The notes under the pieces were generated by a model. It was not told the DNA's origin. It searched no databases and worked only from the letters and a program-made list of their open reading frames with translations. A program made the translations under genes and the position numbers. A DNA stretch of 64,000 nt from Octopus sinensis. Lineage: Eukaryota. The stretch lies in the NCBI RefSeq assembly GCF_006345805.1, contig NC_043008.1, positions 71,610,001 through 71,674,000 on the forward strand, in the 5' to 3' direction. Below are positions 26,926 to 40,386 of the stretch, one piece after another. Numbering within the stretch: the stretch's first letter is position 1; the number at the start of each line of letters is the position of its first letter.

Positions 26926-28651
26926 TCTCCAAAGCCACATATTTCTCATTACAAACAAAATACGCTCGATTAATGAAACGAATAAAACAAGTGTCTTTAT
27001 CTTAGCAAAATCACAAAGAAAAGTGTAGTCATCTCAGTATTAATTAATTTCAACATAATGACAAAAACTCAATATCGTCAGCTTAGTTTACTGCAAATGA
27101 TAATGCTTTCAAAATATATCCACTACACTGTTCATTTGAATTCCCCCGCCACATTTTAAAAGGAACAATAATGAGTCAGTAAAATTTAGAAAATAAGATA
27201 ACTGCGTGTTTTGTTTATAGTGAGAAATATGTGGCTTTCGACAGTTGACTCTCCTTTCTAGCATAGCTGGTATAGATTTTACATACCCTGTGTCTGTGTG
27301 TGTGATCGTGCGTGTGTGTGCGTGTGTGTGTGCTTGCGTGCGCGTGTGTGTGTGTAAGTATGTATAAATTCAGAGTATATAATAGAAGCAGTACATACAT
27401 TACACGCCGTATACTAATGAACACAAAAGTTAAAAGCGTAACCATGCCAACAATATAGCCCACTTCCAAAATAATGTTCACTATTCTTTCCAGATTAGCC
27501 CTCTTTGTAAATTATTCTTCGAAATAATCAACTTTTCAACCACTTTCTATGTTGTTACGTTTCTGTCTCTAAGCATTTCTTCTCAAATTCGCAACTTCAC
27601 CAGTTTAGTTTTACTAGGTTCTTGTCTTCACATTCAGGGATTGTGTTCATTTACTGAAGGAATAAAAGCAAACAAACATATCCCGAATACTTGACATACA
27701 TACATATACACAAACACACACACACACACGCATACGAGTAATTGAATAAGTGAAATTAGCACATCACATATTTGGTAGGAGTTAAATATATTTTTAATTG
27801 CAAATTTAGCGTCTTCACATGACTTAAAATTTTGGAGGATACGTACATCATACCAAATAGTAGAAGTGTCAGAAATTTCAAACAAATTCAATATAGCTTC
27901 CAAATCTTAAGCCTATTGTATGAAGTATTTATAGCTCATGTGACGTGGTGTTAATTCTATAAAAGCGACACTAGCTGTTTCCCTTTATATTTAGGCTCCC
28001 AGCATGATGTCGGCTGGATGGTAGCGCTCCTTTTGGGGAAGTTCACTGTATTGGACATTGCACAACAAAGTTGGCTGGAACTTTGGCACGGTTCAGCAAG
28101 TCAGTCATCACTTACTGGATTATGAAATATATTAGTCTTTAAGTGAGAGTAACCAAATTTGATTGTTTGGTTTCAAATTGAGATTGGTAGACAAACATTG
28201 GTGTGACTCTACGCTATACTATATGCAAGAATTGAATACCCTGTTCATGTGGGTAGTACAGCCAAGGCAAAGATCGTATATCTGGTTACAACAGTAAAAT
28301 AGTTCATTGTTGCTGTTAATGGATACTGCAGGTTGGTGGAATATGTGCAGTCACTGACGAAAACAGTCCGAAACATCGGAGGTGCGGGACGCGTTCTACT
28401 GAACCACTAAGATTTAAGTCCAATCAAACCATGTTAGACAGTTATTAAATAAATGAATAAATACGTGTGTGTGTGTAACATTAATATAGACAGCGATGTA
28501 CACTGTGTTACCTTTAAATCTTATGAAACTGTGCCAGACAGTTATTAAATATTGGTTTTATCTCGAATTTAATTTAAATATATATATATATATATGAGAA
28601 ATTAAAAAAGGAAAATACGCGAGCTTACATAGTTTTAATATAATTTTTAAT

Positions 28652-28686
28652 ATATCGACCGGTTTCGCTATCGCTATTCATGATAT
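28652..28686 (-). ncRNA. Minimal type I hammerhead, A3-U8 variant
   Basis: atatc ATGAATA GC gata GC GAA AC CG GT C gatat. Palindromic ACCGGT stem III. Confidence 0.65.
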
Positions 28687-28973
28687 TATGTTTTACTTAT
28701 TTGAATATATATTTTTTCTTAAGAAGAAATTTTGTCCATGTTTTGTGTGATGAAATTCGCGAGTGAATGACTTCCCCAGTAGATAAATAAAGGGAGGTAA
28801 TTGGTTGTCGTTATTATTGCTATTGTTGTAGGTAAGGGAGATAACTGTTCATCTTTCGGTAATGGGAGGGGAATATATATGTGTACAGACACGTTTCAAA
28901 AACCTTGTTTAGTGAGGGGATTTATTTACAGTGATGTAATCGTGAATTGAAATATGTAAAAAATAAAAGTTGG

Positions 28974-29240
28974 TTATGCGTGCATATTAAGACGTGTGTA
29001 TTGTTCAATGAAAAAAGTTTCTTTATTTAAACGTTCTAGTTGAGAGATTGTGTCTCCGCACTGGTAGAAAGGGAAGACTGTGAAATTTGGTTTGATGTTA
29101 CCTGCACATTTTTCTATATGTTCACTGAGAGGAATTTGTCTGCATTGCGGGAAACGGATTTGCTCTTTATGTAGAGCGGTTCTATTTCTCAAGGTCATAC
29201 TTGTTTGTCCAATATAGTGGTCTCCGCATCCCGAGAAAAA
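28974..29240 (-). pseudogene. PLE GIY-YIG endonuclease C-terminal fragment
   Basis: SGCGDHYIGQTSMTLRNRTALHKEQI..LSEHIEKC..FTVFPFYQ..RLNKETFFIEQY..LN. The annotated ORF start lies in the non-coding inverted arm. Confidence 0.88.
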
Positions 29241-29266
29241 ATGTATATTCAAATAAGTAAAACATA

Positions 29267-29301
29267 ATATCATGAATAGCAATAGCAAAACCGGTCGATA
29301 T
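29267..29301 (+). ncRNA. Inverted duplicate of the A3-U8 hammerhead with G12A
   Basis: atatc ATGAATA GC aata GC AAA AC CG GT C gatat. Two CG-to-CA changes relative to 28652-28686. Confidence 0.5.
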
Positions 29302-29458
29302 ATTAAAAATTATATTAAAACTATGTAAGTGTGCGTATTTGGATATTTTCCTTTTTTAATTTCTTATATACATTACAACTCACCACGTGGAGATAATTGA
29401 AACTCCTCTTTTCTGTTACTACTACTACTACTATTACTACTATATATATATATATATA

Positions 29459-29851
29459 CTAGCAGTATCGCCCGGCGTTGCTCGGGTTTGTAAGGGAAAT
29501 AACTATATGAGCATTTTTGAGAGTTGTATCCAAAAAATAGCAAAAAATGCATTAAAAATGGGAAACAAATGATGGTAGATTTTTTTTTAAATCGTTGACT
29601 CATCGTAGACATTTTTAGAGAGTTACTTCCCCTATATAATAGCGAAAAAAATGCATTAAAATGGAAAAAATGATGGTAATTTTTTTTAATCGTTGACTCA
29701 TCGTAGACGCGCGCTAATACTCAGAAGGGCTCAATATGAATCACAACTATAAGATACCCGGTTTTGGTTAAACTGCACCGCAAAATGTGGGAGTAGTTAG
29801 GAATCTAAATCGTAGGAGACAGACACACAACTTCACTTTTATATATAAAGA
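29459..29851 (-). mobile_element. Non-autonomous Helitron (family B), intact termini
   Basis: Minus strand A|TC ... cccgagcaacgccggg ... CTAG|T. Internal duplication of the ttttagagag..atgcattaaaa..gatggta..aatcgttgactcatcgtagac block. Confidence 0.88.
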
Positions 29852-30140
29852 TATATATGTATATATATATATGTATGTATGTGTGTTTATACATAGATGT
29901 ATGTATGTACGTATATATGCATGTATATATATACATATATATATAAAGTTAATATAGACAGCCGTATGCAATGCGTTACCATAAAGGAAATTCATAATTG
30001 TCAGTAAACTATAACTGTCACATTTAACACGGCTGTCTATATTAATGTTTTTTATACACGTTAGTGATTCGTTAAATCATGCATAGATTTATATGGTGAT
30101 TACATATGTACTAACAAGGAATTTAGTTTGCATCGAGCGG

Positions 30141-30193
30141 TCCCTGCTAATGAGGCTATGGAATGAACCGAAACAGACTGAGCTGTATAGGGA
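30141..30193 (+). ncRNA. Type I hammerhead with G5A substitution, in a probable PLE terminal fragment (30060-30325)
   Basis: tccctg CTAATGA GG ctatggaatgaa CC GAA ACAG actgag CTGT A taggga. 6-bp stem I, 4-bp stem III. Confidence 0.65.
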
Positions 30194-30346
30194 ACTCTCG
30201 TCCGGTGTTTTCGAACGATTGCAGTACATATTACAAATGTATACAATTACGTGCTTTAACTACAGCATTAGATCTTTTAGCCCTTATTTCTAGTAATGTA
30301 GGTGTTCTAACAACATTGTCATATTGACATATATATATATATATGT

Positions 30347-30389
<43 letters not shown>

Positions 30390-32665
30390 GTGTGTGTGTG
30401 TGTATGTCTGTGTTTATGTGCGTATGTACGAGTGTATTCATGGGTAAAGAGACAGAAAGATAGAGAGATGGATGAAGAGATTGCGGAGAATGGAAAAAAA
30501 TGTGTGGAACAGAGACAATGAGGTTTAAGACGTAACAATCAAACGTTTAGCACCATGTCTTTAGTTTGTTTTTTCAAAATATTTAAAAACTAGAGAGTTT
30601 AAAAACATCATTTTAAAGCATCTACTCATACAAATGTCCAGTGTGTATACTAGCGAATTTCCTAGAATCATTCTAAACGAAGAGCCAAAGAAAAATTAAT
30701 TTTGAAGTGGCCATTTTCTAGTAGCTCGGGGACATTTTCTTGTAGCTGCATATCAACATTAGCGCTTGATATATCAATACAACTATTGAACAATGTGCTA
30801 TGGTGAGTCTTCTTACAGCAATAAGATGCTCTTATAGCAATAAGTATTTTACGGCCAGTTAAACTCGATTTTTTAAATTTAATCCATTTAGCCACAGCGA
30901 GAATTATTATTGGCAGCTGAATACAGACCAATGACACCTAAATTGCTTATCCCGAACCGTTCGGTCTTTATAAAAAGAGTAACAATCATTTTAATCTAGG
31001 CTGCTCAAAATTTGATTGTGCGAATTCCTTCTGTAAAATCTATAAAATACATAGTTTGGTACTCTGAAACGTTTCGTGGTAAGTCTGGGAAATGTACGCT
31101 GTGATACATGGTTACAAACTTTTTAATTCTGGTTTTAAATCACAGTAAGGATGAATATTTGTTTCATCCATCTGAATTTTACAAACTATGTTCCAGTGAA
31201 TAGGTGTAAAAAATAATAACGTCAACTTAGACTTTACATTGTGCTACAATGATCCAGCAATAATCCACATCTTAGCAGAATGATACATAGTCAGAATTTT
31301 ATATTCTATTAAAGGAAATCAGTTTTGCTTCCCAGTCTTTGGAGGAAAATGGATAAAAACCATTAATGGTAGACTGAACACGGTTTCAGATAATGATCCA
31401 AAAGATTGACAGCTCATATAATATCATTGGCAAAATGTACTGTAAACAGGATAAATCGCGTGACATTTAAACGTCCAATACTTAAAGCTATAATCATAAG
31501 TTTCGTATAGTCATCGACTTGTGCAATGGAAGGACTGAGGTGAAACAATAACTATCTCCTTGAATTATAGTGCTGTATTCATTACTTCCTGCTGTGCAAA
31601 AAAGAAGAAAAGAGTGCTCAGCATTTGATCCACATAATACTAAGCCGTCTGGAGGTAAATATAACACATTGTTAAGACGTTTAAGATACAGAAGACTGGA
31701 TTGGCTTGACAGCCAATATTTAGTGTATCAATATCTTTATAAATATATAATTGAAAAAAAGGAGCAAAAAATAATACATTTGTTTGTGTTTGTTTTTTAT
31801 CGTTAATATACACTTTGTAAATATAAAAATGAGAAAATGGATGAACGGCTTCTTGAAGAATATTCAGACAATTGCTAGGCAAGTTACAATCACACGTATT
31901 TCACGGAACAATAGAAAATAAATATCAATGAAACTGCAAAAACAAATACGTTGAAACAACATCAAAAAAATTATAGAAGTGAAACGAAAATTCTACAAAA
32001 GTCCACATACAGGACAGAGTTGAAGATCAAGTTTTCAATGCGTGGAGCCACAATTTCTTCCAGTCTGATAAATGACAATAGATGAAATGTGGTCAAGGCT
32101 TTGCAAATTTTTAGCATCAGTCGTTTCTTATAGAAAGATGAATTGATGTACAATTAAGAATACGTATATATATTCATTCATACACACAACACACACACAC
32201 AGACACACATATATATATATACATACATCACGATATATATATGTGTATATATACATATATATATATGTATTTATATACATGTGTATATATAAGTGGATAT
32301 ATATGTATGTATATATGTGTGTATGTCTGTCTCTGTGTATATGCACATTTGTATATATATGTATACACACATATACATGCATACACACATATACATACAT
32401 ATGTTTATAATGCATATATATATATATGCATACACACACACATATATATATACATATATGAGTGCATAAGCATATGTGTTTCTGTATCTGTCGTTTTCAT
32501 AATACAGATTAAGTGCAACAATAAAAGGAGAGAAATATGAAACTCAGAAGTCATTCAAGCATCCATAGAAAGCGTATTTCATGAGCATTCTTTAATTCGA
32601 ATACACGGTAGAACATGCGCACGCGTGTGTGTATATGCATGTTTGTATTATGTGCAGCTATGTAG

Positions 32666-32737
<72 letters not shown>

Positions 32738-34321
32738 CATAGATACACATACATATTTTCATATATATATGTATTTATGTATATATATATATCGTAAAAA
32801 ATCTCAAGGTTGTTCCAAAGTAACCTTTGTCGAATAGAATGTTCTCAGTACAATGTACTGAGTGTAGCGTGACAGGATTGTTTCATTTGCTAAAATATAT
32901 ATTAATGTGACGTTCATGCATTTTCGATAACACGAGAGAAAATGAAGCATTGATTAAATGTGAACGAAGCCTGTTTAAGACAGCAAAATACAATTTTAAA
33001 ACAAGCCACTAAAACTGGCATTGGTGTCGAAAGCTCATGGATTTATAACTCAAAATATTAATTGAGATTAAATACTATTAACAAGGACGAAGATTAAAAT
33101 GTATTTTTTCGAAGATTAAGTACACATATTGGTATAGTGATTGGCTAGACATGTAGAATCTTGGTGCCTTTCAAAAATTTCGGAATATCTTCTTAATAAA
33201 AGTTCCATAACGGTGTCTTTTGAAAGTAGATGTAGTGAACCTCAACAGTGCAAAGGTTAGAGAAATAATATTCCACCCATCAATTCTATCTTTAGAAAAT
33301 ATACGGCACTTGTGGTTACACTTTAATATTCCAATAAAATGTGTTCATAAACAATGACTGATCCATTTGAAATATTAGAGGTAATTTATTCTTCGTACTC
33401 TCATGCATGATTAAACGCTATATTCAAGGTTGGCAGATGACGTCATTCGTGAGAATTATGTTTCAATTTTGGAAGCCCAATTCACAATTAGTTTACACAG
33501 GTTCAGATTGACAAATTAAAATATTGCATTGCTTACATCCTATCTTTTTCTGTAGTAATAGTCTTTACAGATTATGCAAAAAGAACCACCCCTCAACTCT
33601 CCAAGCTTATATGAATCTTCGCAAACCAACAATTGCAAATATATCAGACTGGAATCCATGAGTCTGCTTTCATCTGATACCTACACATTTTGTCATTACC
33701 ACATGCTTTCCGTGAAACTTCAGTCGGATACATGTTTTATAATGGAACTTTGTAGCACCAAGAGAATTTCCTGAAAGGAACTATAGAGAAACTGATGTCT
33801 GGAGGGAATCTCTGCACCGCTGCTTTTCTGGCAAAGTATGAATGGCTGACATGTTTAGTTCACAATCAATACGATGAGATAGAGTGGTAGGAAAGAGAAA
33901 ATAGTCTTTCTGTTGAAATTTGTTAATATGTTCTATAAGTTGCTTGTACAGGACTATACGTAACGATGCCAACTTCTCTCTTTATTCACGAATACAGAAC
34001 TAGATTAAACAGAATAAAAGATTAATGGGTAATATAGATGAGATCTGAGAATTGTGATAAAACTGACCGCAAGAAAACCAACTATTACCATAAAAGTAAA
34101 TTATCTTTATTATTCTATATTATAAGACAAACATCTTCTAAATTAACGGTTTGATGCGTGTAAATTTGTTGTTTTGTTATATTTGGATTTTTAATGATCA
34201 GTGGGTATATGATTGATACATAAATCTAGTAGGAATATCGAATAACCAATTGCTGATAATCCTAATTCTCCTGATACTCGGAGCAAAGACATCATCACGC
34301 TGTGACATATCTATTTATCTC

Positions 34322-34423
<102 letters not shown>

Positions 34424-35422
34424 CCCCCCACTTCTCTCTCTCTCTCTATATATATATATATAGAGAGAGAGAGAATTCTGAAGGGAATTCTTTAACTTTG
34501 ACGTTCTGGAAAATAATTTATGGTTACATGTTCAGTCTAGAGCATGAGTGATTTGAAAGTATAGTGGTAATGGGAGGAGATAAAAAAAGCAAGGTGCTTT
34601 CTGGTGGGATTGGTGGAAATGGTATATAAGTAGTAAGTTCAGAAGTCTTATGTAAAAGGTGCCAACTGTCTGCTTTATTCAAGAGTCTGCAACTCGACTA
34701 AATATAGAAAATCTAAGCAGATATTCTAGGAAGGAAATTATGTTGGAAATATCGCAACTTTCAAAGATAGAAATTGGTCGACGATGAAAATATTGAATGT
34801 TAGATATATAGACTAACCTAGTTTGTTTTGATATTCACTCTTGAAAGAAGACGAGGTGGAATAGAAAGACATTTACTGATGCCATTTATAAAACTACTTA
34901 ACTCATGCCAATATAAATATTAAAAAAAAATATTGATGCAAAAATTTGAATAACCGAAATGTCATAAAAATGAATAATGTTTCCATTTCAACTTAGACAT
35001 AAATTAATAATTTATACTGAGATAAATCATTCCAAATCAACAAGCAAAACTTTGAGGGATATTATTTTATCAAAGAAATTTCTCCCGGCTTACTTTAATG
35101 TATACTAAGTTTATTTTAGCTACATTTTTTGTAAACGTTCTATTTAAATATAAAAAGGCTTTCTCCCTCGGTGACCTTGAATAAATCATTCGTAACTTCT
35201 TTACACCAATAAATACTATATTTAATTCCTATGTTCTTTGTACAAGTAGACATGAATATGTATATAACTACATGCTTACATACACATATACGAATGTGTC
35301 TGTGTGTATGTCAATGTGCGTGTTATTACATTTATATATGTATGTATATACACATATAAATATATATATATAAGTGTGTATGTATATACACACATACATA
35401 CATACATATACACACAGACACA

Positions 35423-35460
<38 letters not shown>

Positions 35461-36035
35461 TACATTTATTTACCGAAAACTGTTTGTATGGTCGTGAGTG
35501 TAATCGTGTACTCATTCAATGTCTTTTTTCATTAGCACAATCTCATTACATGTGTATGTATACGAATATCTATCTATCCATCTATCTATCTATCCATATG
35601 AATACATGCATCCATACATATGTGGTGACAGCTAAATACACACACACACACACACACACGCACACCATATATATGTATTGAAAGGTGAATAGTCAATAGA
35701 TAGTTTATATTATCTCTTCTTGAGAATCATCTTATTACACAAATCTCTATGCATAGAAAAGAAAACAATCTGAGGACACCATTGGTAAACTATTTGCAAT
35801 ACATATATAAACTGGCTGTATGATTAGGGTACTGAATTTCTGATATATATTCAGTCGGGATGGACATTTGTGTTTTAATTCTAACTTGTTTTTTAATATT
35901 TAACCCCAGGTCAGTGTCGGCTCATCAAACCTTCATCTATGAACATGTTTAATATTCTGATTAGAGTTTCTCTCAATACATTATCCTATGTGTGTGTTTC
36001 AGGTGTTATTTAAACACACACCTCGTTTTCTTATA

Positions 36036-36313
36036 CGAGACGTCAGATGTAAACAAACAATGAGATCATACATGAAAGACGGGTAATTGGCATATATGTC
36101 ATATTTCATGGATGTTCGCCCTTTCTTCAGCATCCATCTAACCCATTCATCATTCTCGAACACAGTGCTTAAAGAGCCACAACATACAGCGGCGTAAAAT
36201 TATTCGACACACAAGCTGAAAAAGGGGCAAAAACCTTTGGAAGATGGCATATACTACGCCCATTACCCACTTTTCATCTTTGATCGCACTGTTTGTTTAC
36301 ATCTGTCGTCTCG
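36036..36313. mobile_element. MITE with ~55-bp TIRs and TA target duplication (Tc1/mariner-type)
   Basis: TA|cgagacgtcagatgtaaacaaaca..gggtaattggc ... gcccattaccc..tgtttgtttacatctgtcgtctcg|TA. Confidence 0.85.
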
Positions 36314-37487
36314 TATACGAAACGTTGCAGCAAAAATCAGTGCTGGCAATAATATCTATAGAATATCTGTAGATATAATCTTAACAAAATAATGTAAAGC
36401 ATACTGCTAACGCAGTAGAAGCTGATACTCACATATAAAAATATTTAATATACTTTATAGTATATTATGACTGTATAGCGAAATACCACGTACCTACAAA
36501 TCATTAATATTTACTGATGTCTCACAAGGCTCGTAGTGTTAGGTAAAAGGAATTTTCTAATCTTCTAATAGTTATGTGTGTAAGAACTGCACTGAAAAAA
36601 CTTCTGTTACGTCTAGTACGTCTATTGAGATGTATATTAAACAATCGAAATAAACTACTCGAGAACAATTATTCCAGTCCTTCTCACTAAAGTATCTGAC
36701 AAAAACAGGGAATAATATTGAAAACTTAAGTGATGGAAAGCCTAGTTCTCCACAAGCGTAGTCAATAATTCCGTACTTGTGGAAAATGATACGCGGTTTA
36801 AATCATAAAAATGATACCGGGTTTAAATCATATAAATGCTTCTTCGGAAAGAAAAGATTAAATACATGTATAACAGGGGCTTTTATATATAAATGCTTAA
36901 TAAAAGAAGGAACGAATTCTCATATACATGAAGAGGGCATTTTAAACTATAAATTCGATTCATAATTGCAAACAAAATGTACAGTGAAATAAAAGAAGAA
37001 ACGCAATAAATAACCTGAAAATATGATATCAAAGTCAAACTAATGACAGCCCCCAAGACGCTGTATTCTTAAAATTAAAGGAATGCATGAAATTTCAAAA
37101 TCTCAGTCGAATGTGAAGTTAGCAATTTTTGTGAAGGGGTGTTTAGCATTGATAATAAAACGATCTTATAAGAAACAATGATAAAAATCTGTTCACAAAT
37201 ATGAACATTTCGAATAACACTAGTTCTTTAATCTTGCGTTGAATGAGATTCAAAATGAAAACCCAACCAATTCTGTCATTGATTATTATCACCTCCCCAT
37301 CATTCAGAGTTACCTAAAAGACATTAATTTCACGAGAGGTCATACAAATATCGCGTTAAGCCATCTGCAGATTATTATACATGCCAGGAGATTCTTTCGC
37401 TTAAACATGGATATCCGCTGAATCAAGATGAGCGAATGGGTCAAATTTAATGTCGCTATTATCCTAGCAATATTAATACTTTCGTTA

Positions 37488-37700
37488 GGCAGCAAGCTGG
37501 CAGAATCATTAGCACGCCGGGGAAAATGCTTAGCAGCGTTCCGTCCGTAATTACGCTCTGAGTTAAAATTGCGTCGATGTGGACTTTGCCTTTCATCTTT
37601 TTGGTATTAATAAAATATGTACCAGTTGAGCATCGGGAATGATGTTATCGAGTTACTCCTACCCTGAAATTACTGACCTTGTGCCAAAATTTTAAATCAA
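37488..37700 (+). mobile_element. tRNA-derived SINE (family 2), diverged
   Basis: ggcagcaagctggcagaatcattagcacgccggg..gactttgcctttcatc..taataaaatatgtaccagt. Similar to 55488-55879. Confidence 0.8.
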
Positions 37701-38556
37701 TTCTATGTGTGATAAGTGGGTTGAATTAAGCAATCATTTTGCTCCGGCAGTGATCTACGAAACATTTAGATTCCTTACCCTGCGCCCTAGCAGGTTATTG
37801 AATATGATTGCCTATAGGGGACACAGTTAACAACATCATGAAATGAACAATTGGTCATTGAACAAATTCCACTGAAATGTGAGCTTAACAACGGTAAACA
37901 TTCTAAGTGTCACGCTTAAAAGAGAAAAGAACATTATGAGACCTTGAAAAATCAAATATCTATTTTACTCCAACGCAACAGAAGAAAGATGGATTTATTA
38001 TTTTCCAAACAAATCAACAAGGCCGCAAAACGCTAGAACCATCAAATTAGTGACCACGAACACACTCTTGCAACCTCTCGAAATTACAACGTATAACTAT
38101 CATACTAGTAGGACCAGAGTAAATTCCATCGCATAGGGAAAATTAAGGCAGCCTATTTAAGAAACAAAGGATGGTTTGTATTTTTATGGCATTCATAGTT
38201 TAGTTTTCTTTAAATATTCTTAATGTTTGTCTACATTAATTTCCTCTCATCTCCGTCGGTGTTGTGTTTTTCTTCTTTTTATTATAACTTCTCGCTGTTG
38301 CTCTCCGATCTCTGTTCTATATCTGTTCAGCCTTTCTCAGGCAGTTTTCAACCGTGTTTCTTGTGAATCCAGAGTATAGGGTAATTAACCCTTATAGGCA
38401 AATTAAAATTTTTTAAGCAAGCAGACGATAAGTTAATGCACTTATGCATATCAGGTTGTTGCAATGAAAATAATTACTTCAATGAAAAAATACTTTTCAA
38501 TATCAAAATACCACCGCTATCTGCCTGTCTATCTCTCAATATAACTGCCGCCCCTG

Positions 38557-38610
<54 letters not shown>

Positions 38611-38904
38611 TTTCCCTTCAGCTAACTTTCTAACTTCGTAATAAGTATTCCTTCCCTACCCCCATTGCATGACACTTCTTTCTCCTTTTTCTTTCGGCTT
38701 TTTCTCTCGTTCTGTGCCTCTGGCTTCAAGTGATCACGTGGCTATTTGGCCTAAGTGTATTGATATTAGTTATCTTTCTCTACTTTTCCTCTCTTTCTTC
38801 ACTCCTTACTCTCTGTCTCTGACTCACTTCCCCTCCATCTCTATAGCTATTGTCTAACGGGCAAACGAACCAGCTGATTATTACACAGATAGCAATAAAA
38901 TATT

Positions 38905-39035
38905 CGTTTCAAATTTTGGCACAAGGCCAGAAATTACAGTGGTGGGGAGGAGCTCATATGGTTCTTATTTTTACGATTCTAAATGGATGAAAGATAAAGT
39001 CGGGTTCGGCAGAATATGAATTTTGGACGTAAAGA
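38905..39035 (-). mobile_element. SINE family 2 remnant
   Basis: aattttggcacaaggcc and ggatgaaagataaagtcg are reverse-complement matches to family 2 motifs. Confidence 0.45.
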
Positions 39036-39099
39036 AGGAAGACATTAATCACTCAGTTCGACATATATAGAGCTTGGTCTCTCAATATATATATATATA

Positions 39100-39265
39100 T
39101 ATGGAAATGAGGAGTAGATAGACAGCCGACAAATAATGAAGGGGCGTTTTTTGTAATTACTTGTCCTGTTCTCCACTTTTTCTCTCGTTGTTTGCGTATT
39201 TAAATCGGTTTTTTCGTATTTCATGTTGTTTACACAGTTGGCGATGCCCTGTACCCATATATCCA
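39100..39265 (+). repeat. Interspersed terminal-type repeat, homolog of 62340-62510
   Basis: ggagtagata.acagccgacaa.taatgaaggg..ttgtcc..cgttgtt..gatgccctgtacccatatat matches the reverse complement of 62340-62510. Confidence 0.6.
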
Positions 39266-39364
39266 TCACTAGGCCATCCGGACTCCCGTTTGCGCCCTGA
39301 ACAGGAATTAATCTTCTCTCTTCGTTCTTCTACGTCATTTGGGCTCAACTCTCCTCCCCTCTTC

Positions 39365-40150
39365 ATCTAACTGCCTCCCCGACTCCTACTTCTCTTCACT
39401 CCTACATGTCTTCACCCCAACTCTCTTTCCCTCTTCTTTCTTACTCTCTTTCTCTCTTCTCTCTTTCTCTCTGCTCCCTCACTCTCTTCTCTCCTCTATC
39501 TCCCCTCCCTCCTTCCTTCCTCCCACCCAACTCTCCTCTCATGCCCCGACTCCTACTTCTCTTCACTCCTACTTCTCTTCACTCCTACTTCTCTTCACCC
39601 CTACTCTTTTTCCCTCTTCTCTCTTACTCTCTTTCTCTCTTTCTCTCCTCTCCTTCCCTCTTTTCTCTTACTCTCTTTCTCTCAACTCTCTTTCTCTGTT
39701 CTCTCTTACTCTCTTTCTCTCTTCCCTCTTTCTCTCTTCTCTCTTATTCGCTTTCTCTCTTCTCTCTTACTCTCTTCCTCTCTTCTCTCCTCCTCTCTCT
39801 CCTCACATACCCACCTTCCGCTCTCCCAGTAAGCCCACTCACCCTTGCACATTCCTATTCCAACTTCCATATCCTTCCCATCCCCCATCCCATCTCCCTA
39901 TCCCACACACCCTCTCCCACATACCCCACCTCTACCCCAACCCTCTACCTACCCACAAATCCCAACTCTACCTGAACCCTCAGCCGAACCCACACCCTAC
40001 CCGTGCTTTCCCCACTCTCGCCTCCCCCACCTCCCAACAACATCACACCACACCAAACTACAGCATACAACATTACATATCACACCACAACACACCATCC
40101 ACACACCCATCCCCACATTTTCACACCTACACATACATACACGCACACGT
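39365..40150. repeat. Pyrimidine-rich minisatellite-like tract grading into C/A-rich low complexity
   Basis: Recurrent tctcttactctctttctctct and ccgactcctacttctcttcactcctac units. The 343-aa S/L/P ORF is a read-through. Confidence 0.85.
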
Positions 40151-40350
40151 TCAGACCACCAGCCCTCTTTCACACGCACATACATACTCTCTCATACACA
40201 CACGCACCTTCGTGTTGGAGGGGGTCATCTTTACTTTGTTATCTCCCCTACTTTCCCCTCTCGTGTGTGACCCTTCTCTCCGAGTCAGTCTCCATGATAG
40301 ATCGTTAGCCACTACACACATTTTTTTCTCTCCTTGTTTTTTCTGTGTCC

Positions 40351-40386
40351 CTTTCTGTAGAAGTGTGTAGGCTCGAAACGTAAAAG
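40351..40386 (+). ncRNA. Minimal type I hammerhead-like motif, U6 variant (PLE end 40300-40475)
   Basis: cttt CTGTAGA a gtgt gtag gctc GAA A CG T A aaag. Palindromic ACGT stem III. Stem II eroded relative to GAGC/GCTC. Confidence 0.5.

Larger units (their letters stand above)
28590..29370 (-). mobile_element. 5'-truncated Penelope-like element with inverted terminal duplication
   Basis: GIY-YIG remnant flanked by ~120-bp inverted arms (28590-28708 and 29244-29370). Confidence 0.88.

Noticed and set aside
27965-28130. GC-richer island after a tttag acceptor-like site
   Set aside because: No recognisable peptide in any frame and no convincing donor.
30746-30802. Candidate 57-nt exon (ttttcttgtag..TATG|gtgagt; CISTLALDISIQLLNNVL)
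   Set aside because: Splice signals are plausible, but the peptide is unrecognised and no partner exons were found. Needs RNA-seq.
33550-33980. FTDYAK resembling an RT DYAKAFD motif
   Set aside because: No further RT motifs and many stops.
36088-36138. Minus-strand CTGAAGA..GAAATATG-A-CATAT-A inside the MITE
   Set aside because: Stems I and II are unsupported, and a competing ggatg/catcc hairpin forms.
39339-40370. 343-aa Ser/Leu/Pro-rich ORF
   Set aside because: Read-through of a pyrimidine-rich low-complexity tract that lacks stops for compositional reasons.
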